From: Schmidtea nova
Taxonomy: Eukaryota
Assembly: GCA_044892505.1 (NCBI GenBank)
Contig: CM097882.1
Coordinates: 610,835,859 to 610,888,000 of the forward strand
Length of the DNA stretch: 52,142 bases
Direction of reading: 5' to 3'
Shown one piece after another: positions 13,133 through 25,480 of this stretch; the stretch's first letter is position 1, and every line of letters starts with the position of its first letter. The notes under the pieces were generated by a model, which worked only from the letters and a program-made list of their open reading frames with translations, was not told the DNA's origin and searched no databases. The position numbers and the translations under genes were made by a program.

Positions 13133-14473
13133 CACCTGTTTTTATTCGATCGCTCTGGCAACCTCTGGGAATTTCGTATCGTTTATTTACTGCTTATTTT
13201 AATGAGTTTTTCCAAGCAAGCTGTCTGGCGGTTTCTTCTCATTGCCATTTCCTAATTACTCTACTTAAAATCAGACATTAATAATATCTTCGTTAATTAT
13301 GCTCCTAGGGTTTTCTTTTGAGCGATATTATTTCCAGAACTAATTATCTCGGATTTCCCATTAGCCAATTAATTATTGGATTTATTTTTTTTTATCTTCT
13401 TTTGATGACCCCCGTTGATTTTATTTTACCATTTTCGGATTCATTTCACGATTCAGCATACACATACAGATTTGCCCCGCGCAATTTTTACTTTCAAATT
13501 TTCTAACTTTTTAATTAATTTCAGTATATATTTACAGTATGGGAATTCCATTTCTATGTTATATTTAGTGATTGTTTATTTTTAGATTTCAACTGGAATT
13601 CCTCAGTATTTCAACAGTTCACTTGATTGCCAAGAATTTGCCGTAATTTACTTTATTTTTGTAATTTTGGTAATTTTCATTTGATTATTTCACAGACGCG
13701 AGATGCAATTTTACATTATCGTTTCTCAGTAAATATCAGGGTACCTTAGCATTTGATATCCAATTAACTTAGCGGCTCAAATGTAAGGGGGGGGGGTTCC
13801 AATATCTGGATAATTTGTTGTCTAGAGTGGTAGATTTATTGCATGACATGACTAATTCCGACGGGTGTTATAAACGGCAAGTGGAATCTCTCGGAGCTAT
13901 GAGAAGCTTTGAATTACTAGTAAGTATATCAGATCTATAATGGGTCATAAATTACAATTGCAAAGTTAATGCTCTAGGATGTTAATGAGTGCAGATAAGG
14001 TAGACTGACGCTATGGGTGTTGCAAATGCACAAATTAAACTAATTATGGTAGGTCATCATCAATTGCGAGTTAATTCCAGTCCTCGAATGTTATTCACTG
14101 TATGAAGGTTGTGCATAAAATATTGTGGTTTGTAAGGGATGTATGTCGTCGGGTGAACAGGTAACTTAACAATGATTATAGATTCGACATGAATTATTGA
14201 TTCTACGTGAATTTTCTTGGTGTATATGCTGTTGATGCGTGAATTTAAGTGTTGGATGACGAGGGAAAACCCATAGGGGTACTAAAAATTAATAAGTATT
14301 ACCATACAGGCAATAATAGATACCGAGTTAATATCTATCTGAAAAAGTAATCCCCAATCAAATCGTCAATCGTCTGTCGCAATCATCAATTGTCCGTTTT
14401 AAGTGCCCGTTTTAAGTGCCCGTCTCAACCACCTCAATACAATAATAACAGCAGTAGAAATTCTTTTCGAAAA

Positions 14474-15027
14474 ATGACTATAATCAATCAATTCAAAACC
14501 TGTCTAACAATTCACAACCCTTCATTGTCTATCAATCTTTGTGATCATCATCTGACTAATTAGTGAATTTTATTTTACCCCCACAAACATTCGAAACTGT
14601 TATTTTATTATTAATCTGTAACTTTATTATTATTGAATTATGGAAAATTTTGTATATTAAATTAGTTTAAAATTTTATTATTTTATATTGTTGTAAATTA
14701 ATTTTTCATGTGAAGTTCGCAAACAAAATTTACTAAATGTCATGGTATAAATTGATTTAATTTTTCAGGTGAACTTTACAAACGGAATTTACTTTTGAAT
14801 TATTAAATGTCAAAAAATCTCCTTCGGCATAAGTGAATGCCAATGCCAGCACAAATTTGGGTATATAAGGCAAAGGCAATTCAGCCAAATTGCCATAAAA
14901 TCCAGCTGTAAAATTTTGCGGATAATTTTGCTCTCTCATGTACAAATTCTGTAGAGCTTTTAAAATAGACCAGTTGGTCAAAAATATATAAAATTAAACA
15001 GTTAACAGAACTTTGAAGTTAAATTTA
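14474..15027 (+). repeat. ~550-bp direct repeat, copy 1 (copy 2 at 18564-19184); possibly partial LTRs of the element between them
   Basis: Near-identical from atgactataatcaatc to gaagttaaattta. Copy 1 lies upstream of the LTR-end/PBS junction. Candidate LTR starts are TGTAAGGG at 13782 or 14131. Confidence 0.7.
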
Positions 15028-15203
15028 AAGTTTAACTTGAAAAGTAGTATTAAATTGTAAAACGTTTTCAGTGTACAATTTTTATTGGTAATAATTTTGC
15101 TATTTAATAATTTTTTCAAACAAACATCTTATTGTCTTGTTTATTTATATAGGAATCACCTTCAGTTGAGATTTCAAATACACATATTTAAGACCTCAAC
15201 ATT

Positions 15204-15221
15204 TGGTGCCGCGAACCGGGA
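15204..15221 (+). promoter_or_regulatory. Primer-binding site of an LTR retroelement (tRNA-Phe/His-like), preceded by LTR-like end CA at 15200-15201
   Basis: ...ctcaaCA-tt-TGGTGCCGCGAACCGGGA, upstream of gag. It resembles the tRNA-Phe PBS TGGTGCCGAAACCCGGGA. Confidence 0.7.
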
Positions 15222-15459
15222 CAAAAAAAATTTATAATATCAATCGGGGGATAGGAATTGCGATTAGAGGGATAGTGTAATATATATTGGGAAAATATAT
15301 TTATATTTGAATATTAATTGACCAAAAAATTAAACTCAAATTAACGACATATAAACCTATAAGGTTAATAATAACAAAATAGGTAGAAAGATAAAGAAAG
15401 TTAATATAGATAAGCCACCTGAAATATTGCACAAATTAAGAAAAGAGTTAATATACAAA

Positions 15460-16980
15460 ATGAGTAATAATAGTATAGGCAGCAGTAATAATGGAAGTAA
15501 CAGTAATACAGACAACATAAGCAGTCATAATTTTATAAAAACACTGCCAATAGAATCTTATAAAGGGGACCCTGAAAAGTTCGACGACTTTTTTGCCGAA
15601 ATCGCACAATATGCGGAAGCATGCGGGTGGACATCGAACGAGTTAAAACAAAGAAAATCACTAAATTTAAAGTGATATGCATTACAGGCATACAACAATT
15701 TAGCATTTAAAGGCATTAATTATCAAGAATTAGTTACAAACCTTAAAAAAGAAATAGTAATAGATCGAGACTTACAAAAAATAAATGTTCAAAAATTTAG
15801 AAGTAGATACCAAGGAGCCAGAGAATCAGTAGGTGAATATATATACACGATAACAGAATTAACAAAAAAGGCATTTGGTGCAGGAGATCACACTAGTAGA
15901 TTAATTGAGGATCAATTTTGGAACGGAATCCAAAACATTTTATACAAAGCATTAATTACAATCGAGTATGAAGACTTAAATGAGTTAGTTCAAAGGGCAA
16001 AACGTGTTGAAGCAAGAGATAGATTTAAACCAGAGATAGATGCTGTAGAAATTGAAAAGCAACTTGAGGTGAAACCTGAGTTGAGAAATAAAGATGATAG
16101 TATCCCTTGGGAAGAAATGAAACAATTATATTTGAATTTTGTTAATAATAGACGAAGAGTTAGTCCAAGTAGAAGCCAATCACCTGAAAACAGGGGAAGA
16201 TTTGACAGCCCAGGAAATAAAAATTACGATAATAGAAGTAATCCTTTTAATTTTAAAGATAGAAGAAATACTAATAGAGATAATTTTAGAGATGGTCGTT
16301 CTGAATATAATAGTAATACTAGAGACAGTCGTTTTGATTATAATAGAAGAGACAATAGGTACAGAGATAATTCGAGAGATAGACAAGACAGTCCAGTAAG
16401 GCAAACTACGTCTAATAATGATGGCAGAGATAAAGTGAATTTTAATGGACAAATAAAATATTATAATTGCCAGAGGTATGGGCACTTAGCAAAAGTATGC
16501 AATAAACCACGAGCTGGTTCGCCAATTGGAATAAGATTTAAAAAGGAGCCTGAGATAAAGCAGGTAAGTAGTGATGAGCTTGAGTCAGCAAATAAAGAGA
16601 TAAATATTTTAAGAGAAGAATTAAAAGAATTTAAAATTCAATATGGAAGACTCATTGAGAGAAAACTTGAAATGTTTATAAATGAATTTAGCACTTTTAC
16701 AAATTACGTAGATATTGATAATGATGAGTTAAAAGAAATTAGAGAAGCAGATGAAATATTTCTTACAGAAGAAAATAGACAAAAAGAATTAATAGAGGAA
16801 TTTAAAGAGGTATTGTATAAGCAACCATTTGATGACAATGAAACATTAAGGGTAATTAATAAAATACAGGTTAATAGTATTGATTTAGAGAGGCTTAGAA
16901 ATTTAATACCAATGATGGTAAAAAGACAAAATTTAACGAGGGTATTTGAGTTAGAAATAGAAGATTGCACGAAACACTAA
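15460..16980 (+). pseudogene. gag: Ty3/Gypsy-type Gag with one premature stop (TGA 15673-15675) and a degenerate zinc knuckle, followed by an acidic coiled-coil extension
   Basis: SYKGDPEKFDDFF...YAEACGW...LK*YALQAY...FRSRYQGARESVGEY...QFWNGI...DLNELVQRAKRVE (capsid motifs); RS/N-rich linker; YYNCQRYGHLAKVC (CCHC with first C mutated). The frame is open from 15676 to 16980. Confidence 0.85.
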
Positions 16981-18563
16981 ATGTAACGATCGAGTCAAAT
17001 GATAATTATTTTTTCAGTAATAAACAACGGATACATCCTTGCACTAAAGTGAATAAATTAAAGCGAGTGGTAAGAGCCAAATGGCCAGGAACCATCGGAG
17101 AAAGAGATATAATAAAATTATATTTTAATGGAATAGAATTATTGAATGACGAATATTTAATTGACTATGGGATAAACCCAATAAGTGATAATATTGTGAT
17201 AGCTACAATAAAAAAGCAAACGATTAATGAAATAATGACACCACCACCGTCTGTTGAGTTAAGTATAAATGAGGAAAATGATTTTGATAAATTATTCAGA
17301 CTATGGGACAAATCACCTAGTGAAACAAAGAAATTGGCAACAGAGGAAGAAATTATATTTAAACTTATAGATGATAAGTATAGTAACCTAAAAGAAACAA
17401 TAGAAAGAATAGCTGACGAAGCAAAAACGAAAGATGCGGAAACATTAAAGCGAGGTAGAGGAAGACCTCGAAAATCAGAAATTATAGAAAAATCAGAAAA
17501 TAGAAATACGGCAGAACGATTAAGAGAGATTACAAATCAACAAAGACATGAACAATCAGAGTATCAAGATGATAATAATGAAGTAAACAAAATAAAAGAA
17601 ATAATAAAAGCAATGAATATTAAGCTATTTCCAGAAACAAAGCCAACAGTACAAATTAGAAATATAACTGAAAGGATGATGTTAATTAAAAAGGATACCA
17701 AAGAACTAGCCACAGAGGAGACAATTGAAAAAACAGTATTAAAAATCCTGTTCAATACAGGGATAGATAAAGATAAAATAATAACGGCCATGGCATACTT
17801 GGCCGCAAGATATAAAAAACTCATAAAGGAAAATCCAAAAGAGCAATTAGAAAAAGTAGCAACAATGATGTTTAAAAGATTGAAAGTAGAGGCAATACCA
17901 TGGATAAAAAAGAAAGGAGGATGGAAAGTATTATATGATAAAGATACGACGAATAAAGAGAGTGATACAGATGAGGTAATAAAACAATTAATAACGAAAG
18001 CAACAATAAAACCAAAGACAGAGAGTAAATCGATAACTTCCATAGTAATAATCATAATCACTTTGTTATTAGATTTAATCAGAGGGAGCAATGCAATGGT
18101 AACATATGATTGTCAAATTCCAAAGTGGGGGCAAAAATACTCACTGTTAGATGTTGAAAATTGCCCTGAAGCAAATCCAACTAAATTAATCATGTCAGAG
18201 TCTCAAATATTCCATGTTTATCAAGAATCAATTTTTATTCATACGGAGGCTAAAGAGTGTATCGTAAAGTACCAGGAGGAAGCATATGTATGTCATGCTG
18301 GGGTACGAACAGTGTTAAAACCTACGTGGACACCCGAAGCAGTAATATTGTCGCCAATAGAGTGTGAAGGAGCATTTAAAACAAAGAAAGTAAAATATAG
18401 CGGTTATAAAGGAATCGAACTAGAAGCAAGAATAGGAGCAAAAATGAGACAAGATGTAAATGTCGTGGGATGGACATCAAAAGGAGGAGAATATACAATA
18501 TGGGGTGAAAAACTGAGAAATGTTGTAGTAAGGAGACACTACATGGTAGAACTGAGAAAGTTC
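16965..18563 (+). CDS. Second ORF of the LTR element: ubiquitin-like domain, AT-hook, Bcl-2-like domain, hydrophobic signal/anchor and Env-like glycoprotein N-terminus (truncated at 18563)
   Basis: aa5-82 TKVNKLKR...IKLYFNGIELLNDEYLIDYGI (UBL); aa162-170 KRGRGRPRK; aa258-321 VLKILFNTGIDKDKIITAMAY...PWIKKKGGW (BH1/BH2-like); aa357-377 ITSIVIIIITLLLDLIRGSNA; aa378 onward YDC-x9-SLLDVENC with spaced Cys residues. Confidence 0.7.
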
Positions 18564-19184
18564 ATGACTATAATCAATCAATTCAAAACCTGTCTAACAA
18601 TTCACAACCCTTCATTGTCTATCAATATTTGTGATCATCATTTAACTATTTAAATCATTGTCTAACAATTCACAACCCTTCATTGTCTATCAATCTTAGT
18701 GATCATCATCTGACTAATTAGTGAATTTTATTTTACCCCACACAAACATTCGAAACTGTTATTTTATTATTAATCTGTAACTTTATTATTATTGAATTAT
18801 GGAAAATTTTGTATATTAAATTAGTTTAAAATTTTATTATTTTATATTGTTGTAAATTAATTTTTCATGTGAAGTTCGCAAACAAAATTTACTAAATGTC
18901 ATGGTATAAATTGATTTAATTTTTCAGGTGAACTTTACAAACGGAATTTACTTTTGAATTATTAAATGTCAAAAAATCTCCTTCGGCATAAGTGAATGCC
19001 AATGCCAGCACAAATTTGGGTATATAAGGCAAAGGCACTTCAGCCAAATTGCCATAAAATCCAGTTGTAAAATTTTGCGGATAATTTTGCTCTCATTTAC
19101 AAATCCTGTAGAGCTTTTAAAATAGACCAGTTGGTCAAAAATATATAAAATTAAACAGTTAACAGAACTTTGAAGTTAAATTTA
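18564..19184 (+). repeat. Direct repeat copy 2 of 14474-15027, with an extra internal ~65-bp duplication
   Basis: Direct sequence identity. It truncates the env-like ORF. Confidence 0.8.
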
Positions 19185-19278
19185 TGTAAAATAATAAGCG
19201 AGGGAACAAATATAAAATTGATGTATCGGCAACCACGCCAAAAATCTGAATACCTTGGTGTGGTTTCTGGTTCATCAA

Positions 19279-19566
19279 ACCAAGCATCGACCCTTGTAAT
19301 TGCTAAGAAGCTACATGAAGAAGTGAAATCATAATTGAGTGTCCTTGGAAGGGATAAGAACATCACCAAGTCTAAACTGGACGGTCATTGCTTATCCACA
19401 AAGAATTGCCATATTTGTTAAAATGAAATTCTCGGTTTACATAAAAAAAAATTCTTGGGACAAATGATGAAAGGTTTTCAAGTATTTACGCGATCCAGTG
19501 ACCTTATTCGGTAAATATGGTCGACAATTCTTTGAATTAAAATTCTTTCTTAAATCGTTCGAAACT
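19279..19566 (+). repeat. ~285-bp dispersed duplicated module (second copy 26409-26694)
   Basis: accaagcatcgacccttgtaattgc...aatcgttcgaaact is present at both positions with few substitutions. Confidence 0.85.
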
Positions 19567-19622
19567 TGTTCACATAAAAATAGAAAATATTGGAATACGT
19601 TGAATCTTAATAAAATTTCTAG

Positions 19623-19790
19623 TCCATGACCAGGCGCAATACTCTCTCCATGAAAAGGCGCAATACTGGGTCAATGACCAGGCGCAATACTTGGTCATTA
19701 ACAGGCGCAATACTTGGTCATTAACAGACGCAATACTTGGTCCATGAACAGGCGAAATACTTGGTTCATGACCAGGTGCAATACTCGGTC
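19623..19790. repeat. ~22-24-bp minisatellite, core caggcgcaatact, about 8 units
   Basis: Read directly from the sequence. Confidence 0.85.
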
Positions 19791-21135
19791 TAGTCAATAA
19801 ACTGTCAAAATATTTGTCTGCAAATATTTCTGTAACTGCGCGACAACCCATTTGTTTAATAAGTATTTGTACTGGGTTTATCGCAAATAATCATTTGTAT
19901 GGAGGGCCCTAAGTGATTCTGCGTCATTACATCAGTAACGCCAGTGGAAATTCTAATTGAATAGCCAATGGGATTTTGTGTAATTTGCTCTTTACCATAA
20001 AACCCTGCTTCCCTTCTAGATGATTTCCCTTCAAAGTGCAAGCATCATTCACTACTCTACAAATATTAAAAAAATGTTGTGATAAAAGATTTACCGCTTT
20101 GAATAACTCTTTTTCTTATTTCTTAGTGAACAAAAATAAAATTAAAATTCGCTAAGTATCTAATTATTGAGATGTGGGCAACTAAAAATATTAAAAGCAA
20201 AAATTTTAAGATTTTGTAAAAATTTTTATTTTCTAAATATAAATAAAGGTTAAAATTAAAAATTTTAAAATAAAAACACTTATCTAAAATTAAATATCTT
20301 TAAAAAGTTGAAAATTTTGTAATAATAAAACTTTAGGAAATTTTTCAAAAAGTAAATTGTTTAATGAACTTATCAATTTTTTATAATATTTATTAAAGAA
20401 ATTAATTCCAAATAAAAAAAAAATAAAAATTCTTATACAATTTGTTTTATTAAACAAATAATTTCAATTAATTAAAATATCTTGCTTTTCAATGGTGAAA
20501 GTTGAAGCCATTAGTAATTTGAATATTTTTGAATTGTCATTAATTTTTATCAAGTTTTAGTCCGCATTTCAGGAACTGGTCAATGATTGATCGGTAGCTC
20601 CAAGAAGCATTTGACATTTGATTGTAATTTCGGTAGTATATGTCACGCAGTGGCCGTGGCAGTGCAGAACAACATGATGCAGAATCCGGATAATACAGAT
20701 ATGTACAGCAGGTCAGATGCGGATAATTTTTAATATTTATGATGCTAAATGCCACAGTTATTTCTATAAATATTTATTTATTCCTCATAATGATGATAAT
20801 AATTGATTGCATAAGTATTGCTTGGGGATCCATGTGGGGTATTCTAGTGTTGTCCCAGTGCATCATGTGTACTTTCAATATCACATTGGGATTCATCAAG
20901 ATCCACCTGAATTCTATATAATGTTATTGCCTTCCCCGCTTGATGGGCTTACCGTTTAGATATTGCTAAATGCTTGGCACATACAATGTAGTTATCATCA
21001 CTGAGCTGGATTAGGGCCATTGGTAGGATATCTGCCCATTATTATGCCTGCGCATTCACTAGTTTCATTGAATTCCATTAACTATAACCGTAGCAAGTTC
21101 CCTCCTGTAGGGGAATAATAATAATAATAATAATA

Positions 21136-21600
21136 ACTTCCTCTCTTTGTACTCGAGTCAGTCTATTAGTGTCTTTTTATAGCTGGTGGTTCTACTCCCA
21201 CGCTGCCGGACAAGCATCTTACTCATCCTCATACAAACACTAATACTCTATTAAACTCGAGGCTTTGATAATGTCTTGCCTGGTTCTTCAAGAGATTTAT
21301 ATACATGTTTGCGTCCAGTTTTCCCGGTTCATCATATATATAAAATAAATAAAGTAAAAGGATACGCTTGTTATTGCAGAAGTTCGAATAGGCATAAAGA
21401 ATAATCAAAAGTAGTTTAACTTACCACAGGATCTTCTCGAATGCACAACTTGGAGCCTAATAGCGGGATTTATACTAAAGGAGTTTCACCTGTTCTTGCA
21501 CCCTCAGCTCATCATACACCACACCCTTTGAGCGAAAGTCGACCCGCTACGGACTGTCGTGAGAATTCTTCGCAGCTTCTTGCTGTTATCTCTGCAATGG
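21136..21600. repeat. ~460-bp duplicated module (copies at 26813-26850 plus 27255-27668)
   Basis: Shared cttcctctctttgtactcgagtcag and gtggttctactcccacgctgccg...gagaattcttcgcagcttcttgc. Confidence 0.8.
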
Positions 21601-21639
21601 GTCTCGGAAGCGGCCCCAAATCCACGAGCGAAGTCTATA

Positions 21640-21945
21640 AAGCAATTCTGTTTATTAGTTTGAAAAACCTGTTAATTGATTGGATTAGGTATTCATCGGT
21701 TGCTTTTGTGAGCTCTAATCCTCCTTGGTCCATTGGTGAGTAGAATATGGCATCCATAAATGGACTTTTGTTCGGCAGATCGAGGAGCGTCTTTCCTTTT
21801 ATCATCAATCGGATTCTACTATCAAATTCCGTGAGCTGGGCTACTCCTATATCCTCCACTTGGAAGGGCAATATAAGCTTGGAATGGCAGAATGTTTTAA
21901 AGGCATCAATATTTTGATAGGTTTGAATCAAATATTGATTTGGTA
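21640..21945 (-). mobile_element. NeSL/R2-superfamily non-LTR retrotransposon, RT thumb fragment
   Basis: IDAFKTFCHSKL...FDSRIRLMIK...LDLP-x4-MDAIFYSPMDQGGLEL...EYLIQSI fits the post-RT D-x2-IR-x2-IK-x2-L-x-LP...GGLG pattern. Confidence 0.7.
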
Positions 21946-22051
21946 ATACCTACCACTTCCTCGAGAATGTCGTAGATGTTCCGTTTTTTTTTAATAATAA
22001 TAATAATAAAATTATAATAATAATAATATAATAATAACATTTTCCAAATTT

Positions 22052-23462
22052 TTATTTTCTTCTTCATTATTCGTCACAGCATGCACATCCGTTTACACAG
22101 GATACTCTCATCGAATCTTCACAAAATATTCAATATTCAACGCATTTAGCATTTGATCCGATAACCATATCAATTCTAAAATATTTTGTAATTCTTATAA
22201 ATTAATAAATTTGCCGACATCGACCGTCACAGTAATTGATTGAATCTCTGAATTTCAAATCCCCCGGCTTTAACGGTTAATGCATCCCATTACCCGACAC
22301 TTACTTGCCGCTTTTGTCAACAACTTGTTTCGGTTTGCCACTCAGGAATATCATGCCGGGAACTAAACATTTACCTTTATAATTGATGTTGCTCAACATT
22401 TTTGATTAATTAAACAAATATAAACAATATTAATTAATTAATTAATTAATGAAAATGGAATTTAGAAATGATGCCGTATATCAAATAGTAGGACCCAGCG
22501 GGAGTGGGAAAACCTTGTTTGTATGTATATTATTACAATCAAAAATATTTAAATCGCAATTCAATAAAATTTATTGGCATCGGGGTGCTGATGAAGAACA
22601 TGGATTGACTCAAGATCAGTTTTGTAAATTAAAAATGACTATTATAAAAGGTTTTGACAAAAATTTATTTTCTTCTTCATTATTCGTCACAGCATGCACA
22701 TCCGTTTACACAGGATACTCTCATCGAATCTTCACAAACTATGCAATATTCAACGCATTTAGCATTTGATCCGATAACCATATCATAATGAAACTCAAAT
22801 AATTGACATATTATTACAAATTGGGTTATAATTTAATTGGGTTATTTCCAAAAGTTATTTCCAATTAATTTTATTTTATTAAAGTTTCTTCATTTCTAAT
22901 CTGTTTTCCTGAAATCAATTAAATTAATTGATTTCTTCAATTCTTTTAATTTCTGTTTATAATATTTTTTTGCATTTCTTTTCCAATTCTAAAATATATA
23001 TTTCGACTTCAGCACCAATAACCCTACCCTCATTATAATATCCCCATTTGAGCGCTAGAAAAAAAAAATAAATCAACTTTGAAATTAAAAATAATACTAT
23101 TATTTTATCACAGTCTAAATAATACAATAAAGTACATAATTAATAAGAACAAAAAGAAATAAAATACAAATATTTATTGAAATAATAATAAAAACTTAGA
23201 AAAAACTTAGATAAAACTTTGAAAAATTTTGAAATAAAGAACAACTAAATCGCAAAACTTTATTATAAATTATAAATTTCGTTATAATATGCTTTACGCA
23301 TTTCTGACATTAAGATATGCACCGAATGATCTCTTTTAAAATCGTGACAGCATGCACATCCGTTTACACAGGATACTCTCAGTGAATCATTGCAAACTAT
23401 ACAATATTCAACGCATTTAGCACATTATCCGATAACCATATTATAGTGAATCTCAAGCAATT
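22052..23462 (+). repeat. Three dispersed copies of a ~120-bp module (22052-22172, 22662-22803, 23342-23462)
   Basis: tcgtcacagcatgcacatccgtttacacaggatactctca...caacgcatttagca...ccgataaccatat is seen three times. Copy 2 truncates the ATPase. Confidence 0.85.
22449..22661 (+). pseudogene. Polinton/Maverick packaging ATPase (A32/FtsK-HerA-like), N-terminal fragment
   Basis: YQIVGPSGSGKTLFVCILL...FNKIYWHRG: Walker A plus the F-x2-IYW motif typical of Polinton ATPases. No Walker B, because the fragment is cut by a repeat. Confidence 0.8.
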
Positions 23463-23534
23463 GTTCGATATTGATCCCAGTAAGCTTGTATATCTTATGA
23501 ACCAATAACTCGGGTGCACAGTAATCCAAAGAAT

Positions 23535-23800
23535 TTTAAAATTTTATTTATGTTATCTTCAAAGGTCTCCTTCAAAGTTCTTCCAGGAAGACATTTTAAC
23601 TCCTTCGCATAGGCTTTTTCAATGGTCTCAAAAACATTATCTCTTGCAGCAAAGATGCTAGAATCTCTAGTTTCAGTATCATAAAGACAGTCAACAATAC
23701 CGATGCTGTGACCTTCAATGAGAAACCAGTTATTTACTACTCTTTGAACATCATTGAAAAAGTTTCCGATAACCTCATAATTATGTTCTAGTGGATATAA
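23535..23800 (-). pseudogene. RPB1: Divergent fragment of an RNA polymerase II-type largest subunit (funnel region)
   Basis: FFNDVQRVVNNWFLIEGHSIGIVDC...VFETIEKAY-x2-EL-x3-PGRTLKETFEDNINKIL aligns by eye with eukaryotic RPB1 [24 protein letters not shown]...[33 protein letters not shown]. The flanks are not homologous. Confidence 0.85.
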
Positions 23801-23929
23801 TTCTTGAATTTTCTTCAGGATCACTTCAAATAAATAAGCTAAATAAAAAATAATAATAATAAAGATATTTAAAAATAATACTTACTTTTAGACATTTTCT
23901 TTCACCATTTAATTCATTATATTATAAAA

Positions 23930-24790
23930 TCTTCGCAGCTTCTTGCAGTTTTTTTTGGCGACCCACCTTTACAGTGGGCCTATAAATTTATTCAAATAAA
24001 AAAATTCTTCGCTCCTAGGAGACGAGTCCTGTCCTTTCAGACCGCCCGGCCGAAGATGGCACAGGCTATTTTCATCCATGTTTTATTTTATTTTCCCCTT
24101 GAGCCATGGTCTAGGGACCAACGACTGAGCAGGTTCAGCATTGCGAATTGAATCGGCAGGTATTCATATTTATTTCGGAGTGGAAAAAAGCTTTTATCGT
24201 CATTATCCATTCATTGTCATTCGGCAGGCATTCCATTATTCATTTAGTTGTTCATTTAGTTGTATTCATTTCGAAAGTCTTCATCATTATAGTATCATCA
24301 CCATTATGGTTATTTCCATTTTATTAATTATACAGATGGTATAATTAACGGTATAATTAATTAAGTATAATAGTCTCGGAAGCGGCCCCAAATCCACGAG
24401 TGAAGTCTACAAAGCAATTCGACCCTTCCCATCTAGCTTTGTGTACAACAAGTCTCGCATCGACTTATCGCACGCCAGGGAGTCACCAACTTTAATAGGC
24501 TTACTCCACTTGGCTAACAAGTTTCTGACGACATCCTGCTCCACTAATCCGCGAATCCTTCCATCACTGCTATCGGCAAGCTTCTTCAATCTGGTTACCT
24601 TCACAAATTTGACTTCAGCCAAGAGAGTAGGTACCCGCATTCCCCCATCTTTAACCTTGGAGTGATTGTATGAAAAGCACGTATCTTTGGGTAGATGTAA
24701 CCATTTACGAACTAGCATCCGGGTCATCTTGTCCAGTTCACCGAGCTCCGAATCATCAGTTTCGCCTAAAATTGCTTCGCGCAAAATGCC
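23930..24790. repeat. ~860-bp duplicated module (second copy about 27655-28525)
   Basis: Near-identical, including ggagacgagtcctgtcctttcagaccgcccggccgaag and the R2-like thumb fragment. Confidence 0.9.
24407..24784 (-). mobile_element. R2-like non-LTR retrotransposon, RT thumb fragment (copy 1)
   Basis: LGELDKMTRMLVRKWLHLPKDT-x4-HSKVKDGGM-x2-PTL...RLKKLADS...LYTKLDGKG matches the R2 LD-x3-R-x2-VR-x-WL-x-LP...DGG...DG-x-G pattern. Confidence 0.8.
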
Positions 24791-25480
24791 TCAGAATCTT
24801 CGTTGCTGCAATGGGTAACCAGTGGTGACAGAGCCCCATTGGCAGCAGTTTCAGATTCATTAGAGGAATTTATAATATTATTAGTGTTGTTAAAATTATA
24901 ATTTAAAAGAATCTCCCCCATTTCCATTGATGATAGCACTTCGTCCACTACTGAACTGATCCAAGATTCAGTAAGAGCTGATTCAGAACTCCTAGTGTCC
25001 ACGAAATCCGATTGGGGTGAATCGAATATCTTCTCTAGTAAATCTGCTGTCGCGTCATCTCTTTCAATCGATTTCTGAATCTGTTTTTTCAATTTTTTCT
25101 TTTCCTTTTTCCTTTTATTGGTGGACGCCTTGGGATTAGATTTCTTATCTGCTGCATTACAAATTAAAATGTCATTTTTATTAATTTTATTAAAAGGAAA
25201 TTTATCAGTTTCATCCGCGTTTGGTGCTCCTATATTTTCTATTAATACTTTATCCATGTCCCTGAAAACCGGGGTTTGCGGGCTGTTCCTTATCTTGTGC
25301 AGCCATGATTCCGGGACATGAATGTTCTTGATAATATCTTCCCATGACAATGATGATAGATCTTCATAGGATTTTATAATAGCATCACATATGATGTTTA
25401 TCCTTTTATAATTATCTTCAGTTCCAAAGTCGAACTTTGTGATACACTGTGTTTCTGTATTGGTTATGTGATGTTTGATA
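24790..25480 (-). pseudogene. N-terminal coding fragment, probably of the same non-LTR family (paralog of 28810-28980)
   Basis: The open frame includes GAPNADETDKF-x-FNKINKNDILICN...KSNPKASTNKRKKEKKK, which recurs upstream of the Ulp1 motif near 28850-28975. Confidence 0.45.

Noticed and set aside
14757-14981. 74-aa minus-strand ORF in the duplicated block
   Set aside because: No family recognised, and the second copy has a frameshifting deletion.
20540-21110. GC-richer patches suggesting host exons
   Set aside because: No frame gave a recognisable protein or consistent splice sites.
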